Shown: positions 33,186-43,513, counted from the stretch's first letter. The stretch: 64,000 nucleotides of DNA from an uncultured Spirochaetota bacterium (GCA_963734545.1 CAVTHO010000007.1:672001-736000); one strand, 5' to 3'. Made by a program: numbers and translations. Notes: generated by a model from the sequence alone, not told the origin.

Positions 33186-33627
33186 ACGCGTCCAGGACGA
33201 CCTCCGCTTCCCAGCCGTCCTGCACCGCCTCCACCCGGTAGCGATAGAGACTGACCGCTTTCACGTCCGCGGCCAGCTTGTGCCTCATGGGATCGATCCG
33301 TTCTCCCCTGAGCACGGCGGACAGGGAGGCGACGGGAAGCGCGTTGCCCGCGCCTTCCGCGATCCGCACGGATTCGATTCTCAGCAGCAGGCCTTCGGTG
33401 TCCTTGGAAACGATCACCCACTGCAGGAGCTCGAAGAGCAGCATCTCGATTCCCTCGGCGGACAGCTGGATCTCCCTTTCCTCACGGGGAGTGATGGAAA
33501 AGAGATCGTAGACCATCGCGTTGACCAGCGCATCCACGGACGAATGAAACAGCTCCTCCAGCGTTTCTCCCGTTGCCGAGAACGCGACATCCGCGATTGC
33601 CCGGTCATCAAGATAGCGCCAAGGCAC
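33184..33627 (-). CDS. Archease family protein
   Basis: WRYLDD..ADVAF.A.G.TLEELF, GE.IDP..H, DVKAVS, EVVLD. Confidence 0.88.
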   Translation of the reverse strand: MPWRYLDDRAIADVAFSATGETLEELFHSSVDALVNAMVYDLFSITPREEREIQLSAEGIEMLLFELLQWVIVSKDTEGLLLRIESVRIAEGAGNALPVASLSAVLRGERIDPMRHKLAADVKAVSLYRYRVEAVQDGWEAEVVLDA

Positions 33628-33680
33628 GCCGCTCGCCCCTTGGGGAGAATATACTCAAAAAGCTTCGGCAGGTGCCTGTT

Positions 33681-34648
33681 TCAATACCGGCGATGCAGCA
33701 GCTTTTCCGTCACCCCGACCAGCGTGTCGATTGAAGGGTGGGACGGCAACCGACGAATTTCCCGCAGAGACCTTTCCGTGTACTGCTGGGCACGCAGGCG
33801 CGCCCCTTCGAACCCGCCCCTTTCCTCTATCAGGCGCGCGGCGCGGGACAGCGCGCGGCGCCCCCGGGGCCGCCGCGCCAGCGCGGCAGCCAGCTTGTCG
33901 TCATCACCGCGCAAGGCGATGATGGTCGGAAGCGTGTAGATCCCCTGCGAGATGTCGCTTCCCGTCGGCTTGCCGGTTTCCGCGCCGTGCCCTCTCGAAA
34001 TCCAGGATATCATCGATGATCTGGAAGCCCATGCCCAGGCAGTAGCCGAGTCTCCTGAATATGCTGCACACCTGGGCGGTACATCCGCTCTCGTGCGCCC
34101 CGACGTAGAAGGACAGGGAGAACAGCGCGGCGGTCTTTCCCGCGATCCTTCGAAGATACCGGCGGATGCTCGTGCTGGGCGTCATAGCGATCGGCGGACT
34201 GGCTGATCTCGCTGCCGCAGATACGGGCAACCAGCCGGGAGAGGGCCTGCGCATTGTCCACCTTTGCCAGGTCTGCAATCAGCGAAAAACACGACGCAAA
34301 GAGCCAGTCTCCGACAAGAACCGCCTTGCGCGGCCCGTGCAGGACATGCAGCGTGGCGACTCCCCGGCGGGTCGGTGCACCGTCGATGACGTCATCATGC
34401 ACGAGTGTCGCCATGTGCAGCATCTCGACGGCCGCGCCTATGCGGATCATCCGCGCCGCATCCGGGGTACCGAAGCGCGAGGACAGGAGGACAAACGCGG
34501 GACGCAGCATCTTTCCGCTCGCATCCAGAAGCTGACGGACCGCGCCATGCACCTCCGTGTCGTCCGTGGCGGCGCGCGAGAGGATCGTCTCCCGCACGCA
34601 GTCGAGCTCACGCGCCAGCTCCGGATGCCCGTCCCAGAAGGGCCTCAT
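33681..34648 (-). CDS. Polyprenyl diphosphate synthase (HepT/DmkB-like; frameshifts near 34170 and 33995)
   Basis: GKMLRP, LVHDDVID, GKTAALF, FQIIDDILD, GKPTGSDI..GIYTLP. Confidence 0.92.
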
Positions 34649-34651
34649 TTC

Positions 34652-36711
34652 TTATTTCGTTGGTTCATCCGCGTAGAACCGGGTCTTTCTGGCGAACCGG
34701 GTGCCGTTCCACCATCTCTTGAAAAACGGCACAACCCAGGTGTCGAGCCCGAACGCCCTGCCTGCCCCGCCCATCATGAGGATAGCGGCGAAGAAGAACC
34801 AGAGCTGATTCCACGCGAACATGCCGGAGAGCGTGAAGATCAGGCACATCCCGATCGAGGCCACCGCCGCCCACCAGGTGAACAGACCGCCGAAGAGCGC
34901 GAGCCCGATGAGCAGCTCGGCGAAGACAATCATCACCTGAAACCAGGAATACGGCAGATAGGCGAAGATCCCGTCCATGAAGGTCTGCCGGAACCAGGTC
35001 ACGAGGCCCGAGCCGGGATCCAGGATGGTCTTTGTCGTGTCGAGCCAGGGCCCGTGCACCGCCGGGGCGGCCGCGCCAGCCGCACCGGAGGCCGCGGACG
35101 CTGCGGAGGTGACATCCACCGCAGCGGCGGCGCCGGCCGCGGCGCCGGCCGCCGCAGCCCCTGATTGCGCGGCAGAGGCGGCCGTGGTGGCGTCCGGGAT
35201 TTTCAGCCCTGCCTGGATGACACCCGGGGAAAACATCCAGCCTGTCTGGCTCTTGCCGGTGGAAAAATCGAGCCATCCCTGCGTGATCTTGTTCGTCGAC
35301 TCCACGACCCACATGAATCCGAGCCATAGTCTCAGGAGCAGGGGCCAGTAGCCGCGCACCTTGTACGAGGCCAGCGCTCCCACGAAAGACCGCCCGTTCT
35401 TTACGTCGAGGAATTCGTGCTTGACGTACTCCCACACCTGATTGACGCCGGCCGTGCCGAAGAGATGCACCACGTTGATCAGGTGTTTCACCGCAATGGC
35501 AAAGATTCCCGTCAGCGAGATGCCCATGACATGGGCCACGCCGGAGAATGCTCCCAGGGAAACCATGATCCCGTGGTAGCGCGAGCGGAAAGCCTTCATT
35601 TGTCCGTTGGTGATGTCCGCGATGATATTGTGCGCCGCTGTCTCCGCGGTCTGCACGGCGGCCTCCACGATCTGGGGATTGACCCTCTTGCCTTCCAGGT
35701 GCCACGCGACGTCCCCGACGATGTAGACGTTCGGATAGTCGACGGACTGCATGTATTCGTTGGCAAGCAGGCGGCCCCTTTTGCCCTCGATATAGCGGTC
35801 CTTGGAAAAAGTGCAGTTCTTCACGCCGCAGGTGCCCTGAGTCGTGGCGAACCGGCACATTCGGTTGCCGCATTTTCCCTTTGTGAGCGCCAGGTTTGCC
35901 GCAAACTCGCAGCCCTGGATTCCGCAGGTCCAGATGAATGTCCGGGTGGCGATGGACCTGTTCCCGGCCAGGAGCACTCCATTCTGGTCCGCGCCGATGA
36001 TGGGAGAGCGCAGCATGATCTGCACCCCCCGTTTTTCCAGTGAGCGCTTGTGCTTTCTGCTGCAGCTTCTGGGGAAGATTCGGAATGATCGCGTCCAGTG
36101 CCTCCACGACGATGATGCGGACTTCCTTTTCATCGATGTGGTGCGCGCGGCACAGCACGCGCCGCTGGTCCTTGAGCTCACCCGCGAGCTCGATACCGGT
36201 AAAGCCCGCTCCGGCTATGACGAAAGTCAGGAGCTCCGCCCGCTTCGCCGGGTCCTTCTCCGCGGCCGCCCGGCGGAAAACATCCTCGATATGGCGGCGA
36301 ATCTCCAGCGCGTCCTCGAATGACCAGATGGTGAAGGCGTGTTCCTTGATGCCCGGGATGCCGTAGTACTCCGGCTCTCCTCCCACCCCGAGCACGATGT
36401 AGTCAAACGCATACTGCCCGGTGTCGGAAATGGCCTGACGCGCCTCGAAATCTATCGTGCGTATCCTGTCAGTCACAAGGGAGACCGGTCGGGCGCCGAA
36501 GATCTTTTTGAAGCTGATCTGAACGGAAGCGGGGTCCACACGGCCGCCCGCCACTTCGTGCAGCTCGGTCATGAGCGTGTGGTGCCGCGTTCTTGTCTAT
36601 CAGCGTGATCTCGATGTCGCGACGCATCCCGATCTTGCGCGCGAGCACTTTGGCGGCTTCGACTCCGCCGTACCCTCCGCCCAGAACGAGGATGCGGGTA
36701 ATGTCTGGCAT
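34652..36711 (-). CDS. Type II NADH dehydrogenase fused to a C-terminal DoxX-like membrane domain (frameshifts near 36585 and 36040)
   Basis: GGGYGG, LHEVAGG, GAGFTGIELAGE, VGDVA, PQIVEAAVQTA, then LRLWLGFMW...AELLIGLALFGGLFT...AGRAFGLD. Confidence 0.88.
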
Positions 36712-36734
36712 GTTTGTCCTCTTAGGTTCACCCC

Positions 36735-36762
36735 ATCCTACTAAGGCGAGGGGAATTGTCAA
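36735..36762 (-). promoter_or_regulatory. sigma70-type promoter for ndh2 and the polyprenyl synthase
   Basis: TTGACA-16 nt-TAGGAT on the minus strand; AAGAGG RBS. Confidence 0.55.
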
Positions 36763-36834
36763 TACTGAGGGGTGTGCGCCCGACAGAAAGGCCGCAATTG
36801 CGCCGACCGGCAGCGGCGTGCTATAAAACGTTCC

Positions 36835-37872
36835 ATGGCTCGGTCCTTGCGGTGGCCGCGGCGCGCGGCCGCTGCCGCCCTTCTCATCCTGGCCGGCGTC
36901 TTTCCCACGGCAGCCGAACCACTCAAGCGTTCCGTCCTCAATCTCCTGGGAACCACTTCGGAGATCACGCTGTATGCCGGCGGCACGGAGTCCGCCTTCG
37001 ATGCCGCATTTGCCCGGATCGCCGAGATAGACTCGGCCATGACGATCAACAAGCCCGACAGCGAGGTGATCCGGGTGAACAAGGCAGCCGGTCTGCATCC
37101 GGTCAAGGTGGCGCCCGATGTGTTTTTTGTCATCAAGCGCGGTCTTGAGTTCTCCCTCCTGGGGAACGGCGCCTTCGATATCACGGTTGCCCCCCTCGTG
37201 GCGCTCTGGGGAATCGGCACGGCGCACGCGCGCGTTCCCCGCCCGGATGAGATCAAGGAAACACTCGCCCTCGTCGGCAGCAGAAATCTCGAGCTTCAGG
37301 AGGCCGGCTCCACCGTGTTCCTGAAGAGGCCGGGCATGGGAATCGACCTCGGTTCCATGGCCAAGGGATATGCCGCGGACGAGGTGGCGCGTGTCCTGAG
37401 GGAGCACGGAGTCACGAGTGCCTTGATCAACCTCGGCGGCAATATTCTCACAATGGGACAGAAGCCGGACGGCACCCCGTGGCGCATCGGCATCCAGAAT
37501 CCCGAGGAGCCGAGAGGCACCCCGGTCGGCGTCGTCGAGATCCCGCGCGGCTCGGTCACCACCGCCGGCACCTACGAGCGGTATTTCACTTCGGGGGGAA
37601 AGAGATACTTCCATATCCTCGATGCAAGGACCGGATACCCTGCGTGGAACGGGCTTGCGGCCGTTTCAATAGTTGCCGGTGATTCCATGAGCGCGGACGG
37701 ATATGACACGGTTGTTTTCACCCAGGGGCTGAACGCCGGGCGCGCGCTCGTCGAGGCTGCGCATGGCGCAATCGAAGCGGTCTTCATTACGGAGAAGCGC
37801 GGGATCTATGTCACTCCGGCGCTGCGCCCGAGATTCAAGCTCAGCGATTCACGGTTCACGATGATCAACTAG
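36835..37872 (+). CDS. apbE: FAD:protein FMN transferase (ApbE/Ftp/FmnB family)
   Basis: LGT, FDITVAPLVALWG, IDLGSMAKGYAAD, NLGGN, TAGTYERYF, HILDARTGYP, ADGYDT; N-terminal signal peptide. Confidence 0.95.
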   Translation: MARSLRWPRRAAAAALLILAGVFPTAAEPLKRSVLNLLGTTSEITLYAGGTESAFDAAFARIAEIDSAMTINKPDSEVIRVNKAAGLHPVKVAPDVFFVIKRGLEFSLLGNGAFDITVAPLVALWGIGTAHARVPRPDEIKETLALVGSRNLELQEAGSTVFLKRPGMGIDLGSMAKGYAADEVARVLREHGVTSALINLGGNILTMGQKPDGTPWRIGIQNPEEPRGTPVGVVEIPRGSVTTAGTYERYFTSGGKRYFHILDARTGYPAWNGLAAVSIVAGDSMSADGYDTVVFTQGLNAGRALVEAAHGAIEAVFITEKRGIYVTPALRPRFKLSDSRFTMIN

Positions 37873-37893
37873 CTTCCGTCTTTCGCGCCTCCC

Positions 37894-38832
37894 CTACCTC
37901 CCGGGCAGGAGCAGCGAGATGCAGAAGAGAACGCCGAACACGAGATGGTGGAGCATCACGAGCGGGATGACCGGCTTCCTCTTTTCCGGCGCCCGGGGCA
38001 TGAATAAAAACGGGGGCACGGTGAGGGGCAGCGCGAGGTAGATCAGCCAGGGAGGAGGATAGAGGCCTCCCAGCAGGAGCAGGACGGGACTCGCATACGC
38101 GCACCCCAGAAGCACGCAATATACGCCTATGGCGCGCCGGTAGCCGATACGCACGGTGAGTGTCCGCAGAGCGTATCGACTGTCTGATTCGAAATCCCGA
38201 AGCTCATTTGCCAGGAGGATGAGGGATACGAGGAAGCTCACGGGAATCGAAACCAGCACGACCTTCCAGGAGAAGGCCCCCGAGACGGCGGAGTAGGCGC
38301 CCGCGACCATGCACACGCCCATCAGGAAGAAGACGATCACCACGGCGAGCCCCCGCCGTTTATAGTTGAGAGGCTCCCCGGTGTAGAAGAATCCGCCGGC
38401 GAATCCCACGAGCCCCAGGATGATGAGAGCCCAGCCGCTCCGCCATGCCAGGAACAATCCGAGAAGTCCGGCAAAACCGAAAAACGCGAGTCCGACAAGG
38501 AAGATGAGCCACTCCAGCAGCTCGCGATCGGCCTTTGTGAATCCGAGATGCGCGACCTTGTCCCCTACCCTTTTCTGACGAAACTCGAAGAAATCATTGA
38601 CGAGATTCACACCGGCCTGCAGCGCGAGCCCGTCTGCCATCACGCAGATCGCGTTCAGGAGATCGCCGCGGCCGTCGCGGTAGGCGAGCAGCACTCCCAG
38701 CGAGCACGAGAATGCGGCGATCACCAGCGAGGGGAAGCGCAGGGCAATGAAGCCCGCGCGCCACGCGCGCAGGTCGAAAGCGAGGCGCAGCGAGTCCCGT
38801 ACGAGGGGGCGCAGGAGGGCGATGAGCTTCAT
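37894..38832 (-). CDS. UbiA-family prenyltransferase, MenA/DmkA-like
   Basis: QAGVNLVNDFFE, YTGEPLNYKRRGL, NELRDFESD, TLTVRIG; multi-TM. Confidence 0.88.
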   Translation of the reverse strand: MKLIALLRPLVRDSLRLAFDLRAWRAGFIALRFPSLVIAAFSCSLGVLLAYRDGRGDLLNAICVMADGLALQAGVNLVNDFFEFRQKRVGDKVAHLGFTKADRELLEWLIFLVGLAFFGFAGLLGLFLAWRSGWALIILGLVGFAGGFFYTGEPLNYKRRGLAVVIVFFLMGVCMVAGAYSAVSGAFSWKVVLVSIPVSFLVSLILLANELRDFESDSRYALRTLTVRIGYRRAIGVYCVLLGCAYASPVLLLLGGLYPPPWLIYLALPLTVPPFLFMPRAPEKRKPVIPLVMLHHLVFGVLFCISLLLPGR

Positions 38833-38842
38833 CCGCGCCCGC

Positions 38843-39508
38843 TCACATGCCCCAGAAGGGCCGGGGACGCACCAGCGTGTACACGAGAGGTGCCCAATTG
38901 ACACAGACAACCACGGCCAGCGCGAGAATTCCTTTGAGCGTGGAGCGGACCGGGGCGCGAGGGTCCCGCGAGACCGACCCACCGGCGGCCTGGATTTCAA
39001 TGAGAATCCGATCGATGCTGCCGATGATGTCTTTTCGATCCATCTCCCGCCTTTGGCTCATGATCGATTCGAAATAGTAGAATGACCTGCCGAGGAGCCC
39101 GCCCATTCGGCCGGGAAGCCGGAGATCGGACCTCAGGGAGAATTGGGACAAGGCGATGAGCCCGATCATTGCCGTTGCCTTGGAAACCCCTGTTTTCAAC
39201 GCCCCCTCGGTAAGCGGAAGCCCGAGCACATCCACAAGCACTTTTCCCGTGGGAATTGCCAGGTTGAATAGAACTATGCCGGCAGCAATGACCAGGAACT
39301 GCAATGGCCTTACCCGTCGGCCGGTGAGCGCATTCAGGCTGGCGACAAAAACGATCAGCAGCCCCCGCAGCACCAGGTCCTGCTGGAGCAGGAAAGCGGG
39401 AAAAAGCAATGCTCCCGCGGCGAGAAGGGCTCCCGGAGTGACATGTGCCTGCAGGAAGACGCCGAGGCTCCGGTCCTTCACGTGATTTCTCTCGCTGACG
39501 CCAGCCAT
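38843..39508 (-). CDS. Membrane protein, distantly EcfT/FmnA-like
   Basis: 4-5 TM segments, PTGKVL...LTEGALKTG motif; coupled to the Gx transporter gene. Confidence 0.5.
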   Translation of the reverse strand: MAGVSERNHVKDRSLGVFLQAHVTPGALLAAGALLFPAFLLQQDLVLRGLLIVFVASLNALTGRRVRPLQFLVIAAGIVLFNLAIPTGKVLVDVLGLPLTEGALKTGVSKATAMIGLIALSQFSLRSDLRLPGRMGGLLGRSFYYFESIMSQRREMDRKDIIGSIDRILIEIQAAGGSVSRDPRAPVRSTLKGILALAVVVCVNWAPLVYTLVRPRPFWGM

Positions 39509-40011
39509 CGGGACCGCGACGCGAACTTTTCGGCAAAGGCGCCCAGGACAGCGGCGGTCACAGTGCCGAGGGCGATGAAAGGAGGCGCGATCAGCCAGGC
39601 TCCCTCCCCGAATATCAAGGCGCGCGCCAGCCAGAGCTGCATCGTGTTGCTGAAAAGCGCGCCGAATACTCCCACACCAATCAGCGAGATGTGTCTGCCG
39701 CACACCCGCCGGAAAAACAGCATGGAAAGCGCGCTTGCAAGCGAACCGACCGCGGAAAAGAGAAAGACGTAGGACAGGAGTGTCCCTCCCAGGAGGGCCT
39801 GTCCGAGGATCTTCAACATCACCACGAGAAGGACGAGGGGCACGGGAAGCAGATCGAGGCTGATGAGGACCGGGAGGTTGGCAATTCCCACGCGGAGAAA
39901 GGGAACCGGCTTGGGGATCATGTACTCGATTGCCGAGAGAAACAGGCACATTGCGCCAAGGAGCGCGACCAGGTCGAGTCTCCTAGTAAGAGATGTCGTC
40001 GATTTTCTCAC
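39478..40011 (-). CDS. Gx transporter / heptaprenyl diphosphate synthase component I family (EetB-like)
   Basis: LSAIEYMIPKPVPFLRVGIAN, SLIGVGVFGALFSNTMQL. Confidence 0.88.
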   Translation of the reverse strand: MRKSTTSLTRRLDLVALLGAMCLFLSAIEYMIPKPVPFLRVGIANLPVLISLDLLPVPLVLLVVMLKILGQALLGGTLLSYVFLFSAVGSLASALSMLFFRRVCGRHISLIGVGVFGALFSNTMQLWLARALIFGEGAWLIAPPFIALGTVTAAVLGAFAEKFASRSRWLASAREIT

Positions 40012-40348
40012 CGCTCGTTCCTCGTACCCGCACGAAAACCCGATTCGGCAGGCAGGCGATCCATTGCCCCGGCCTCGAGATGGCGGGCATGTGGACACAC
40101 AGCTTGTCGGGGCAGGGAGAGTCCACGACCGAGGCGCTCCCGTCCTGTATCGCGACGATCGTCCCTCCCAGGGGGCCCATGACCGTCTCTCTTCTGTCCT
40201 GGTCCAGCGGGTAAATCCACCGGGCACCGGACGCCTCGATCACCACCTCCCCGGCGCCGGCCCTCCCCGCGTACGCGTATAGAGAGAATCCTCCGATGGC
40301 AAGGAGAGAAATCAAGACGGCGAGAAAATCCACTGCTCTGAGCTTCAT
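39983..40348 (-). CDS. NusG domain II-containing exported protein (EetA-like)
   Basis: N-terminal TM helix, GPLG, SPCPDKLCV, IACLPNRV. Confidence 0.9.
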   Translation of the reverse strand: MKLRAVDFLAVLISLLAIGGFSLYAYAGRAGAGEVVIEASGARWIYPLDQDRRETVMGPLGGTIVAIQDGSASVVDSPCPDKLCVHMPAISRPGQWIACLPNRVFVRVRGTSGEKIDDISY

Positions 40349-40387
40349 GTGAGCAAAAAGATCGGTTCCGCTTCAGACTGCGAAGAA

Positions 40388-40462
40388 TGGGCGGCACAAG
40401 AGTTGAACTTGTGACCCCCAGCGTGTCGAGCTGGTGCTCTAACCAAACTGAGCTAGCCGCCC
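40388..40462 (-). tRNA. tRNA-Val(GAC); CCA end not encoded
   Basis: GGGCGGCTAGCTCAGTTTGGTTAGAGCACCAGCTCGACACGCTGGGGGTCACAAGTTCAACTCTTGTGCCGCCCA folds as a cloverleaf with anticodon GAC; TTGACA-18-TAGAGT upstream. Confidence 0.96.
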
Positions 40463-40563
40463 CTCGGGCGGACAATTGTCCCGCCCCTGCGCAAAGGACT
40501 CTATCCAATCGACGGGCGAAGTGTCAAGACAACTCTTCCACGAAACTCCGTGGAGCGGGATGC

Positions 40564-41682
40564 TCATGAAGAGGTCCCGCGGATTTTCCATGCCGGGAGG
40601 TGACCGTGCGTCTGTTCGTTCCATTCGCTCGCCGGCAGCTTCTCGTGCACGCCCGTGATCACGCACCCTCCCGGGCGGAGCGCGCGTCTGAATCCTGCGA
40701 TTGTGATTTTCTGGGCGCGGGCGTCGAGGTACGAGAGCCGGTCGCGATATAAGATCAGGTCGAAGGATTCCGGGACGGGAACAAAGGCATCCGAACAGAC
40801 GAGAACGATCCTTTCGCGGACCGCGTCGTTTCCAGAGAACCGCCCGTCCTTTTCCTCCAGCACTCCGGACCTTTTCAGGTATTCCGGCACGTCTGAATGG
40901 GGCAGCGAGCAGTCCTGGGCTTCCACGATCGCCTCCAGCCTGTCAACGGCCCAGATTTTCGCACGCAGCCTGGGCCGGTCCATTGCGAGGATGCATGCGA
41001 GTGAGAGGGCATCAAGCCCTCGGCCGCATTCAGGGTTCCAGACCGAGAACTGCCGAGCGGATGAGCCGGGCATCAGCGGTTTCAGCCCCGCCCGGAGGCT
41101 TTCATTCCAGAGCGTATCGATGCAGGGCGAGCCGAAACCTGCAAGAAACTCCGCTGCACGCTCCCGGGTGGCAGGGAGTGCGCGGCCCCATTTCGCGCTC
41201 CGATACCGTCTCGTGACCCACGCGATGTTCACATCTGACACCGTGTAGGACGCGTGCTTCCCCAGGGCGTCACGAAGGTCGGTCCATGCGTCTGCGGCGC
41301 GGGGAACGGGGTGGTCTCCAAAGAAAGTGCCGGGATCCAGCATGTGTCGATCAGGCTTCGAGTCCGCGAAAGGCCCTGATATGCTGTCGACTGCGATGGC
41401 AACATTCGCTCCCGCTGTCTGAACAACCACTGCCGTGCCGGGAGGTGTCGCCTCTCCGCGGCGGGGGAGCATGCCAAGACGGGGGAGCGGATCGAGAACC
41501 GGCAGCGGCGCTCCCTTCCAGGTGTGCAATCCGAGAACATCTGCGGAGGCTCCGTTCAAGCGTGCGATTCGTTCGATGGCGAATGTCCCCGCCACGTTCG
41601 CGGATTCGATTCCGAATTCGACGCCGGCAATGGAAACCGTATAGATCAAACCTTCCGGTCCGTGCACACCTTGCGCGGGCAT
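40564..41682 (-). CDS. CheW-CheR-like fusion protein (start uncertain)
   Basis: CheW domain (FGIES, LGLHTWKGAPLPVLD, AIAVDSI) plus degenerate CheR domain (VWNPECGRGLDALSLA, FDLILYRDRLSY, ALRPGG). Confidence 0.72.
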   Translation of the reverse strand: MPAQGVHGPEGLIYTVSIAGVEFGIESANVAGTFAIERIARLNGASADVLGLHTWKGAPLPVLDPLPRLGMLPRRGEATPPGTAVVVQTAGANVAIAVDSISGPFADSKPDRHMLDPGTFFGDHPVPRAADAWTDLRDALGKHASYTVSDVNIAWVTRRYRSAKWGRALPATRERAAEFLAGFGSPCIDTLWNESLRAGLKPLMPGSSARQFSVWNPECGRGLDALSLACILAMDRPRLRAKIWAVDRLEAIVEAQDCSLPHSDVPEYLKRSGVLEEKDGRFSGNDAVRERIVLVCSDAFVPVPESFDLILYRDRLSYLDARAQKITIAGFRRALRPGGCVITGVHEKLPASEWNEQTHGHLPAWKIRGTSS

Positions 41683-41704
41683 TGCATGGTCCGGCACGGG
41701 GGTC

Positions 41705-43373
41705 TCAGCTTCTCCGCTTCCGGGCAGTGGTCGCCGCAGCGATGTACGAAGCGACATCGATAATGAGCGCAACCTCCCCGTCCGCCCGGGCAGCCGCCGC
41801 GGCGATGCCGGGCGTCCGGGCCCCCGCGTAGTCGATGGCCGCGGGAGCAAGTCTCCCTTCCCCCTCCAGCTTGTCGAAAACAAGGACCGCATTCAGACCA
41901 CCCGCGCTCACCACAACGCCCGCGTGAGGGACATCGCCGCCGGGCGCCGCTATGACCTGCAGCTTTTCGCTTCCTGAAATGTACTCCTGCCCGGGCGGGG
42001 AGCCGGGATGCACTTCACAACTTCATCGACTGGGATCGCATAAACAGAGTCTCCGGCCCTGCCCAGGATGAAGCTTCCATCGATTCTCCCCTTCCCCCGC
42101 GGGCGGGGAAGCTCCAGTGAGAAGACGGTTTTCTCTCCGTTCTCGGATTCTATCTGGAAGCCGATGCCTTTGCGTGCGAGCCTCGGGCGTATGCCCGAAA
42201 GAGCCTCTTCGAGCTTCTGTTTCGATGAGACACGCCCCAGGTGGCGGAGACTCAGCCGTACCTTTTCTCCCTCGGCGTCAGCCTGCAGGTGAAGCCGGCT
42301 GACAGGGGCTCGAGTCTTTTTTTTCAGGCTTTGCGGTCGTCTTGTTTCAGCATCCAGCGAGGCGCGCACGCACCGATTTATCGTGGTGGCTGCCGTGTCC
42401 GCAAGCGCGGCGTCTATCTCGAGATCCTGCAGGTCAACGGCTGTCTCTACCGGGAATGACAGCTTCACCGCATGCCTTCGCACGAGCCGGGGAAACCGGC
42501 GAACAGTGCGGCGAGCCGGACGCTTCCGATCCGCGCAGCAGCCTCCCGGGCAGCCGCTGAGGCTCGCTCCCCTTTCTTCGCCGCCTCCCGCAGCCTGGCC
42601 GTGAAACCCGAGAATGATTCCTCGAACTCCGATGCGATCCTGCCAAAAGCGGCGACACGCGCGGACAGCTCGCCCGCAATGCTCGTGGTCGGCTGGCCGC
42701 GCGCCGCAGCGGCGAGCCCGCCGGGGATGGCCTCGAGAAGCTCACGAACACCGCGCTCCTGCTGCGCGGCCAGGGTGCGAAGCCCCGAAAGAAGGGCGAG
42801 GGATTCTTCCGCGGTCCGGGCAGCCAATGCGGCGGCCGCTCCGGATTCACCCGCTGCCGCCTGCGCCGCACGCAGGCGGCGCGCATCGACTCTCGTGAGC
42901 ACGAGGCCGGCCTGTCCCCCGGACCCTTCCGCGTCCTGCAGGCGCGCCGGCTGCGCGAGCAGGGTTTCCAGGGCGCGCGCCGCGGATTCACACGCGCCCG
43001 AGTCCGGGGCGCCCGCGACGTGCGCCTCCAGGAATTCAAGCGCGCCCCGGGCGGCGAAGTCGAGCATCGACCCCACCTCTGCACCCGCGGGTATCCGGCC
43101 TGCGCGAACCGCCCGCACGACATCCTGGACAAGCCGGGCGATCCGCACGACTCCCGGCATCACCGCCTGATCGAGCTCCCCCTTCAGGGAATGGGCCGCG
43201 CGGTATGCCTCGTCGAGCACGGCGCCCGGGTCCCGTGTCTTCCGCAGCGAACCGGCGCTTTCCGCCAGGAACGTGAGCAGACGGCGGGCCTCGTCCAGGG
43301 AAGCCTCTTCCATCGGGCCTGTCCGCGAATCAGTGCCATCGCCGGGAGGTGCGTCCTCGCGCGGGAAATCCAT
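41705..43373 (-). CDS. CheA-like protein: HPt, degenerate kinase core and CheW domain (frameshifts near 42490 and 42000)
   Basis: YRAAHSLKG; FPRLVR after frame repair; IESENGEKTVFSLELP; YAIPVDEV; DGEVALIIDV. Confidence 0.7.
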
Positions 43374-43438
43374 AGCTATTCCATAGTACAGGCGAGTGAT
43401 GAGCGGCGCAATACGCCGTGCCGCAATACGCGACATAA

Positions 43439-43467
43439 TTGACGGGGCCGTGCTTCCTGTGTAGTAT
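43439..43467 (+). promoter_or_regulatory. sigma70 promoter for REC-PilZ gene; a divergent TTGCGC-17-TACTAT promoter at 43383-43411 serves the cheA-like gene
   Basis: TTGACG-17 nt-TAGTAT. Confidence 0.65.
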
Positions 43468-43513
43468 GGGGCCGCGGTGCGGTGCCCGCGTCATTCATCG
43501 AGGGGAGGTGCCG

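Noticed and set aside
32978-33421. ORFs translated through the 22-bp array (for example 32890..33177 and 32978..33241)
   Set aside because: They are stop-free by-products of a GC-rich repeat whose period is not a multiple of three.
40388-40462. tRNA-Val as an integration site for a genomic island carrying the EET-like cluster
   Set aside because: No integrase, no duplicated tRNA 3' end and no obvious compositional shift were seen.
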